This document shows positions 9,308 through 17,305 of a stretch of 17,305 bases of DNA, in pieces; within the stretch, counting starts at the first letter, position 1, and each line of letters starts with the position of its first letter. Location: NCBI GenBank assembly GCA_030141605.1, contig JAQGDQ010002035.1:1-17305 (forward strand), given 5' to 3'. The translations under genes were made by a program, and so were the position numbers. The notes under the pieces were generated by a model, which saw only the letters and a program-made list of their open reading frames with translations, made no database searches and was not told where the DNA came from. The DNA comes from Tubiluchus corallicola. Its lineage: Eukaryota > Animalia > Priapulida.

Positions 9308-9850
9308 GAGGCCAGTTATATATGTTTTACACGTCAAATGTAGACACAGGAAAGTTCAAATGTGACTTAGGTAAGTCAAATGTAGACATAGGAATTTTGA
9401 ATGTGTTTTGATAACTCAAATGTGACTTAGGTAAGTCAAATGTAGACACAGGAATTTCGAATGTGTTTTGGTAACTCAAATGTGACTTAGGCAAGTCAAA
9501 TGTAGATGCATTACTTTGAATAAATCGGTAATTAAGTTATTCAAGTGCAAATTAGAAAAAGATAAACCAAAGATAGTGCATCTATTAGTAGACCTATAAA
9601 GTTGTTATTTTAACTTAGGAGCAATTATTAAATTGAAATTAAAGAAGATTAAATTTAACATCCTTAAACTTTACCACCTATCCACATTTGGGATACCAAT
9701 GTCACAATTGACTTGACATGTGTCTACATTTGACTTGCCGAAAATGCTTGAGATTTGTTGAATACCATTTTTAACACATCTGAATTACCTAAATCTACAT
9801 TTGAGTTAACGTAGATCTACATTTGACATGTAAAACCTATAATAAGCCTC
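9308..9850. mobile_element. Non-autonomous TIR (foldback/MITE-like) element with subterminal TCAAATGT repeats, copy A
   Basis: Left end GAGGC...GTTTTACACGTCAAATGTAGA matches the reverse complement of right end TCTACATTTGACATGTAAAAC...GCCTC. The left arm has 60-bp repeats and the right arm has inverted ACATTTGA motifs. No TSD seen. Confidence 0.7.
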
Positions 9851-9944
9851 GGGTTGCTAAGAGTGAATTTGAAAGTCTTGCTTACACTGAGCTTTGATAC
9901 AGCGAGTTCTTGTTCATTACAAGTGAATTTAGCCTACAAGTGAC

Positions 9945-10301
9945 TGTACTTGGCCTGCACGTTCCAAAACAATGTGTGATTGTACTTGGCCTGCACGTTC
10001 CAAAACAATGTGTGATTGTACTTGGCCTGCACGTTCCAAAACAATGTGTGATTGTACTTGGCCTGCACGTTCCAAAACAATGTGTGATTGTACTTGGCCT
10101 GCACGTTCCAAAACAATGTGTGATTGTACTTGGCCTGCACGTTCCAAAACAATGTGTGATTGTACTTGGCCTGCACGTTCCAAAACAATGTGTGATTGTA
10201 CTTGGCCTGCACGTTCCAAAACAATGTGTGATTGTACTTGGCCTGCACGTTCCAAAACAATGTGTGATTGTACTTGGCCTGCACGTTCCAAAACAATGTG
10301 T
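9945..10301. repeat. 36-bp minisatellite TGTACTTGGCCTGCACGTTCCAAAACAATGTGTGAT, 10 copies
   Basis: Perfect tandem copies; this explains the overlapping periodic ORFs at 9882-10418. Confidence 0.97.
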
Positions 10302-10616
10302 CTGCACATAATAAGAGCAAGTTCTAAAACAATGTACTTGGAAACAGCTTGTCACGTTTTACAATCGCACAGAACTAATTACGTCCAGAGTCCTGCGTAT
10401 TTAAATGGCATGAAATAAAAATGACACTCAACACAAAACGCGCTCGGCTTTTTGGAAGCAATGGATGACTTTATTTCGTACATTTCTGAATAATAAAAAG
10501 GATAAAATTGTTCAATATTGTTACCACTTTCATATAATTTAACTTGTACATAGAAAATCAGTAACCAATAAATTATAAATTCCTCAGAGAGACTGCAGTT
10601 CACATTATACAGAATG

Positions 10617-10680
10617 TGCCAGTATGTAAAGGAATGAAATACGAAGGTAAAAGTGTTACGCTCACTGGTTGGGGAGCAAT
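10617..10680 (+). pseudogene. 64-bp fragment of protease copy 2, in duplication copy B
   Basis: Exact match to 7150-7213 and 8203-8266. Confidence 0.92.
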
Positions 10681-11732
10681 TATTTAGTGATCGTCTTAAA
10701 TGACAAAAACAAGATACAGTGTATAGATATGCTCTAAATTACAGCAACGAGTCACATGGTGTTTAACGGGCAAAGCTATGCTTCCCCAAGCAGTGAAAAG
10801 AAACAAGACTCATTTCATTTAAAAAAAGTTCTGTCTATCTTGCCAAAGATACAACAATTTACACCAATAATAATACACTTACTGTACTAACAGAAGTTAG
10901 CGCGATAGTAATTTTTATGACAATTTATTTACTTCATAATATCTTAGAAATAAACAAAAATATTTATTTTCATGTATTGGTTCTCTTGCAGACTGCAAAG
11001 GCTGAAGTTCGATCCTGGTTACTGGGTTTGCCTCTTGAAAAGAAGTTCACAAAGTATTACAATAGTAAGCAAACTGACAGCGGCAACGTACACACACATT
11101 TCTCGAATACTTTCTATCACCAAATAACCAGTAAGCTACCGCCAATAATTTAATCTGCTATTATGTACCGTAGTTTGTTTAAAAATGTGCAAAAAATGTA
11201 ACAAACCATGTTTCTGTGTTAAAATAAGATATGTCATGCTTATGAGTCTAAATTGTAGTCTAAACTTTTCACAATTTATGGCAAACTCAATGAATTTGCC
11301 GCATTCCAATTACAAGCACGTTTGTTTGTAAAAATGTGTTATAAAGTTAACTTTGTAAACAAATTTCGGTAAGCAGGTTGTTCGCGAAAACAAAACAAAA
11401 TTCTCCTGCAATGGCAAAAGAAACCAATCCAAAAATGAGCTAGCAGTAACGGCTAACGAAATAATAATAACATACGCCAAAAAATGATATTGGATACTAA
11501 AAATATCATCAGATTTTATTATTAATTGGTCAAAAAACTAACACAGATTAGAGAATTTTCTCAGATTTAAAAAAACTGTTAAGGGGACAGTTTAATTGCC
11601 AGAGAAGACAAACACAATGAATAAATAAACAAGCCATAAAAATAAGGTATAAATTGCAAATACTTTTTGTTGGTACTGACTGATACCTGTCATTCTACAA
11701 TTAACCTAAACACAATATAATCCACATATAAT

Positions 11733-12375
11733 GAGGCCAGTTATATATGTTTTACACGTCAAATGTAGACACAGGAAAGTTCAAATGTGACTTAGGTAAG
11801 TCAAATGTAGACATAGGAATTTCGAATGTGTTTTGGTAACTCAAATGTGACTTAGGTAAGTCAAATGTAGACACAGGAATTTCGAATGTGTTTTGGTAAC
11901 TCAAATGTGACTTAGGTAAGTCAAATGTAGACATAGGAATTTCGAATGTGTTTTGGTAACTCAAATGTGACTTAGGTAAGTCAAATGTAGATGCATTACT
12001 TTGAATAAATCGGTAATTAAGTTATTCAAGTGCAAATTAGAAAAAGACAAACCAAAGATAGTGCATCTATTAGTAGACCTATAAAGTTGTTATTTTAACT
12101 TAGGAGCAATTATTAAATTGAAATTAAAGAAGATTAAATTTAACATCCTTAAACTTTACCACCTATCCACATTTGGGATACCAATGTCACATTTCACTTG
12201 ACATGTGTCTACATTTGACTTACCAAAAACGCTTGAGATTTGTTGAATACCATTTTTAACACATTTGAACTACCTAAATCTACATTTGAGTTACCAAGAC
12301 ACATCTGAATTACCTAAATCTACATTTGAGTTAACGTAGATCTACATTTGACATGTAAAACCTATAATAAGCCTC
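11733..12375. mobile_element. Foldback/MITE-like element, copy B
   Basis: Same termini as 9308-9850, with one extra 60-bp unit in the left arm and an extra 40 bp in the right arm. Confidence 0.7.
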
Positions 12376-12469
12376 GGGTTGCTAAGAGTCAATTTGAAAG
12401 TCTTGCTTACACTGAGCTTTGATACAGTCAGTTTTTGTTCATTACAAGTGAATTTAGACTACAAGTGAC

Positions 12470-12610
12470 TGTACTTGGCCTGCACGTTCCAAAACAATGT
12501 GTGATTGTACTTGGCCTGCACATTCCAAAACAATGTGTGATTGTACTTGGCCTGCACGTTCCAAAACAATGTGTGATTGTACTTGGCCTGCACGTTCCAA
12601 AACAATGTGT
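12470..12610. repeat. 36-bp minisatellite, 4 copies
   Basis: Same unit as 9945-10301; one copy has CACATT for CACGTT. Confidence 0.96.
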
Positions 12611-13375
12611 CTGCACATAATAAGAGCAAGTTCTAAAACAATGTACTTGGAAACAGCTTGTCACGTTTTACAATCGCACAGAACTAATTACGTCCAGAGT
12701 CCTGCGTATTTAAATGGCATGAAATAAAAATGACACTCAACACAAAACGCGCTCGGCTTTACCGCTAAGCTGTCAGCATGTTGACATCAGCTATAATAGC
12801 AAGTAAAATTTGATGGTCCCCTTAACCTGGCTGCAAGAGGATTATATTGTACAGTAAAGTTGACATGGCATGTAATGTTGAGATGACATGTAACGATGAC
12901 ATGTAAAGTTGTTAACACACCTGCTAACAATGTTAAAAAAACATACGAATTTAACAAACTTTAAACAGTTAGAAAGAATGGTGTTTAAAAACGAGTTGTA
13001 TTTAAATTCTTGGTAGATTCAGTAAAGGGAGGGAACATACAAAATGTAGCACATTGATTTAAATTAGTCGAGGTCTTCGGAGATAAGCGGTTGACTGTGA
13101 TTTGCGGAAAATGTAGAATGGTGAGGAGTGTCATCGTCGGAATCATCTCCTAGATCACCCATTAAGCTGCTAATTAAATTTCCTAAAAAATATAATGTAC
13201 AAAAAATGATAAGTAGTGATTAATAAATAACTTGATACATAAACAAGTACATTGAATGAAATACACAGTAGTACCTCTGTTTTCGACCGTAATTTGTTCC
13301 TAAAAAGTGTTTGAAAACCGATTTGGTTGAGAACCGAATCATTTATTCCCACAAGAAATAATGTAAAACCAAATA

Positions 13376-13699
13376 CAGTCGACCCTCGTTAAACCGGACC
13401 CCGTTAGCCCAGATATCGGGTAGGACGGACGTCATCCGTGGTAAAGGAAACTGACCGATTTCCGTCCGAGCCCGAGCGCTAAACACAACATGGCCTACCA
13501 ACTGTACAATAATTTCTTTATCCTCACAGGTTAACTATTTTAAAGTAATATACAGTATAGTATATAGTGCGATGTATATAGGCCTTATTAAGGTGATTAT
13601 TCCAGTACAATATAGACCATACATAGGCATATCGGATAAATCGGACAAGCGGCTAAACCGCCCCCCCCCCAGTTAGTCTGGTTTAATGAGGGTTGACTG
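13376..13699. mobile_element. Tc1/mariner-superfamily (pogo/Tigger-like) MITE, 324 bp
   Basis: TA-CAGTCGACCCTCGTTAAACCGGAC ... GTCTGGTTTAATGAGGGTTGACTG-TA: 24-bp TIRs matching at 21/24, TA TSD, CAGT termini. Confidence 0.88.
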
Positions 13700-14839
13700 T
13701 AATCGGTTCTCAAGCACCAAATGAACTGTGAAGTATTACTAAAATGAAATATAATAATGCAAAAATGTTTATTCAAACAGTAGATATGATATAATTGACA
13801 AAAAAAACATAATAGAATTACTTTGAAAGAAAAACATAATTGTTCCTGTATGAAAAAGAGGAGAAAAGTAAGCATAGAAGCACTTAGCGATGTTAGGCGA
13901 TACAAATGTTGTGCACGACTAATCTTATTTGTTTTCAGATTAAACGATATAAGCCACACAATTATGTTGTTGGAGATTTTTTTATAAGAAGGTAGCACAG
14001 CAACCGAAAAAATTTGAAGAAACAAGAAACAAACGAGACGTTTAACAGAGTCTTGAATTTGACAAGCAATGAGCTACTTAATAAAGTCCTGTACTAGTAC
14101 TGATCATGTCTGTCGTAACAAGATGTTTGGAAGAAGAGCTAATTATATCACAGTGAACAGAATCAGTGTAAGTTTGCTTACCTAACATACCTCCAGGACC
14201 AGCCTTGGTAGGAGGTGGGAGGCCAAAAAATATCTGACCTATCCGATCTAAATACTAAACAAGAAATATAAAGTTTAATAAATCCTTTCTCAATCACGAT
14301 AGCACTTTGCAAAGCAGTTGCATTTTTCCTAGTGAATCATCATATTTATTTTTATTTATTATTATTATCACATTTAGTACAATTAATGACATTAAACACA
14401 CAGTGGCATCAAAATTATTACATCTATTATATTAAATTGTTATGTTTCATACACTATTGTTATCATAAAAGAATAATTGTACTGCAGTGGGCTAGAGAAG
14501 CAAAGGCTTGTATAAGCCCACTGTTATGTGAACCCGATAAAAAAAGAATGGATGAGTGAACAAAAAAAAGAACTGGGAGAAAGGTTAGATCACACAGGAA
14601 GGGTAGAAGGATGTGTTAGTGGAAATGGTAGGAAGAAAGATAATAGATTGCGCTATGTTGACATCAGCTCTAAAGATTTATCAATGATGCCTTGTTTTGC
14701 ATAAAGTCCAGTAATAGATGATCAGAGCAAATAAATATTTGCCAGGAAGTTTAGAATTCTTAATATATATTTATTTCTCACTAAAAATGCAGTTAACATA
14801 ATAAAAGAGTAAAACAGTTTACTGTTTCTCACGCTAATA

Positions 14840-15220
14840 CAGTTAACCTCAGATATAAGGGACAAATCAATTTTCATGGGTTATTGTTACACATTCAGTG
14901 CAAATGGTATGTAAGAAGCTCCTTCAGTGATGTGAGATGTATGTGACCGCAGAAACCGAGCTGTTCGAAGGCCGAGTTTGTGAAAAATTGAGGTTAAAAA
15001 TCGATCAATTTTGCTTTGATCATAGGGTCCCTTATATGCGAGGTAATTTACCTGAGTTTCTATTACACAGCACCTGAAGATATCGTCCCTTATAACCGAA
15101 AGTCCCTTATATCCGAATACCTTATATACGAAGATTTTTACAGAGAAAAAACGTTACGAAAAATTGGGACCGGTGTTGGTGATCCCTTATAAGCGAGCAC
15201 CTTATACCCGAGGTTGACTG
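14840..15220. mobile_element. Second Tc1/mariner (pogo/Tigger-like) MITE, 381 bp
   Basis: TA-CAGTTAACCTCAGATATAAGG ... CCTTATACCCGAGGTTGACTG-TA (18/21 match), with repeated subterminal CCTTATA-nn-CG motifs at about 15030-15210. Confidence 0.85.
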
Positions 15221-15988
15221 TATAGCATACTTTTCAGATGATCAGAAAAAAAGCAAACAGCAAAAATTACGTGGTGTAAAATTTCAACGATACCGCAGCA
15301 TTATATTACAGGTACAAAAGCAGTAATGCAATAACGATGAGCTAAGAAAGTAGCAATAAGTGTCAACAAAATATAGCGTCCTCGACTTTCAAAACAAGAC
15401 ATAAGGAAGCGGTCAAAATTAAAACAAATTCTGGTCAAACAGCCTGTAGAAAAACCGTTCTAGCGGCACCTGGTGGGATTCTCGTAAGAAGATATTTAGC
15501 TCTTTAGAAAAAGGAGGAACAAGGCTACAAGATGGTGTGGACTGTATTTTAGGACATCTCCACCCTGAGGAGCTGCGAGATGTTAATTACATGTTCTATT
15601 TTCGGCAATTTTCGCTTGGAAAACTGCTGACGCAAAGCCATTGTTGTGACGTCATCCATCATACTCTGCTCATAACCTTATAACTTTAATTCAGTAAATG
15701 CTGCTGCTACTGGCTTTGCGTTGTAAATGAGGACTATGTAGGATGTTTGCGTATTTAAAAAGATTATTTTGCGAAACGCCACCAAATCACGTAATTTATA
15801 ATTTATTTCATACCTCTCTGTAACATGGATCTCTGCTTATTGACTGCTGATACTGCTCACACAACACTGTAAATACTGCCAGTTTACCGCTGAAACATAT
15901 TAATATGTTTTCTAATACATAACACAATAACTCAGTAATCAATAATACGTAACTAAAAAAATTTAACTATCATTAAAACCAGTTTAGA

Positions 15989-16550
15989 CATAGAACATAG
16001 AACATTTATTTTCTCCAATTAGTTTAACATCAAAAGTTTTTTAAATATGAAGTAATTATAATCATGGAGCAGGGCAGCGAAGGACCATAGGGTCATCTAG
16101 TCTCCTGCCCTTTCTTATAAATAGATTAGTATATTAAAAATTAACGGTGATGCTGCAGATAACAAAAACAAAAACAAATAAGAAAAAAATAATAATAAAA
16201 ACAGTATAAATGATACAAATTATCCAAAAAGAACTGAAAACAAAAAATAATAAAGTTAGATACCTAAATCTAAACAAAACAATACAATTATTCAGTAATT
16301 AGGATTATTATAAGTAGTAGTTTCAAATGGGGTCTTATTAACAGGGAAATTTGACCGAGGTTAGTGAGTAAAGTTAAAAAACTGAGAGTATGGAAAGATA
16401 AAATAAGCATCAAAAAATGTAATATAGAAAAATTTATGAGAAAAAGTAAGTATGAGAAAGAGCAACAATTACTTAGGAGATGAGGAGAAAAAAGAAAATT
16501 TAAATAGTTTAAGCCATCTCGGTCCCTCCCGCCTCATTGATCCTGTTTCT
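15989..16550 (-). mobile_element. 3' end of a CR1/L2-clade LINE, 5'-truncated and degenerate
   Basis: The minus strand ends AATAAATGTTCTATGTTCTATG. Upstream is the stem-loop AGGGCAG-GAGACTAGATGACCCTATGGTCCTTCG-CTGCCCT, which resembles the CR1 3' motif GACTAGATGACC..GGTCC. The peptide SMRREGPRWL loosely resembles CR1 ORF2 C-termini. The upstream limit is uncertain. Confidence 0.55.
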
Positions 16551-16551
16551 G

Positions 16552-16553
<2 letters not shown>

Positions 16554-16634
<81 letters not shown>

Positions 16635-16673
16635 ATTCTCTCTCTCTCTCTCTTCATTCTCTCTCTCTCTCTC

Positions 16674-16711
<38 letters not shown>

Positions 16712-16728
16712 ATTCTCTCTCTCTCTCT

Positions 16729-16798
<70 letters not shown>

Positions 16799-16802
16799 TC
16801 TC

Positions 16803-16834
<32 letters not shown>

Positions 16835-16858
16835 CCTCCCTCCCTCTCTCCCTCTCTC

Positions 16859-16895
<37 letters not shown>
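16554..16895. repeat. (CT)n/(GA)n microsatellite, ~340 bp, with TTCATT and CCCT interruptions
   Basis: Seen directly; it produces the SL/ER-repeat ORFs. Confidence 0.99.
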
Positions 16896-16899
<4 letters not shown>

Positions 16900-17305
16900 A
16901 AAACTATCGTCAAAACCAGTTTAAGCGTATCCAAACAGTAGATTGAATAATTATTTTACTTACTATGGGAACCACTAAATTTAGTTAGAAATTTTCTATG
17001 ACGACAAGTGAACATCTGTACTGTTCTATGATACGAAATGTGTAATGGAAAAGATGCAAAAAACATTTCTATTATCACTGCCACATTTATTTTTCTTACA
17101 AATCCCGTGAACTAAGTGGCATAAAGCTGTAAATGTAATAACTGAAACAACGTGTAAAACCACTCGGATACACAGCAACAATACTGTGCCGCATTGCAGC
17201 TTTAATAGCACAATTAATATTCTTGACAGCTACAGTTTCAATTATTCACAAACTCAACTTTACTTTTCCTGTTTTTCCATCCTTTTCCATCTATTCCACA
17301 TGTAC

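Larger units (their letters stand above)
8039..10452 (+). repeat. Tandem segmental duplication, copy A (~2.41 kb)
   Basis: Near-identical to 10453-12760. The offset is 2414 at the start (identical ORFs at 8503 and 10917) and changes by +11, +60, +40 and -216 through indels and repeat-number differences. Confidence 0.95.
10453..12760 (+). repeat. Tandem segmental duplication, copy B (~2.31 kb)
   Basis: Homology to copy A runs from TGGAA(G)CAATGGATG to AAAACGCGCTCGGCTTT, with scattered substitutions. Confidence 0.95.

Noticed and set aside
9882-10418. Cys-rich repeat proteins in five frames (also 12428-12727 and 11752-11964)
   Set aside because: Unit lengths of 36 and 60 are multiples of 3 and happen to lack stops in these frames. 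There is no synonymous variation to indicate coding selection.
8503-11153. Identical 78-aa ORFs at 8503 and 10917
   Set aside because: The identity is explained by the recent duplication; they are AT-rich with no motif.
8039-12760. Tandem Helitron carrying a captured gene fragment
   Set aside because: I found no 5' TC start or 3' hairpin plus CTRR end at the unit boundaries. It is not excluded, but it is unsupported.
13170-14559. ORFs 13170-13352, 13597-14025 and 14332-14559
   Set aside because: They have non-ATG starts and low-complexity F/I/L/Y composition typical of AT-rich non-coding DNA; one crosses a MITE end.
16452-17211. SL/ER-repeat ORFs and the 61-aa ORF at 17026-17211
   Set aside because: The first are microsatellite translations; the last is short with no recognisable homology.

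Overview
AT-rich, repeat-dense eukaryotic DNA, most likely from an invertebrate animal (inferred from the tRNA type, CR1-like and Tc1/pogo-like remnants and secreted S1 proteases). In order it holds: a ~3.2 kb 28-bp satellite with palindromic variant units and shared higher-order variant blocks; a (TAAGTAAGTAAGG)n array; a possible LTR-like segment; and two tandem intronless chymotrypsin-family (S1A) protease paralogs. Copy 1 is full length with an intact His/Asp/Ser triad but a single in-frame TGA at a conserved Gly. Copy 2 has two offsetting frameshifts and is cut off just before the catalytic Ser. These are followed by a canonical tRNA-Leu(AAG) and a recent ~2.4 kb tandem duplication; each copy carries an exact 64-bp piece of protease copy 2, a foldback/MITE-like element and a 36-bp minisatellite. 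The window ends with two TA-flanked Tc1/mariner-pogo MITEs, a CR1-like LINE 3' end and a (CT)n microsatellite. I see no convincing new biological system. The best leads are the one-stop protease with an unusual elastase-like pocket and the 64-bp locally templated gene fragment. Most ORFs in the track are repeat artefacts.
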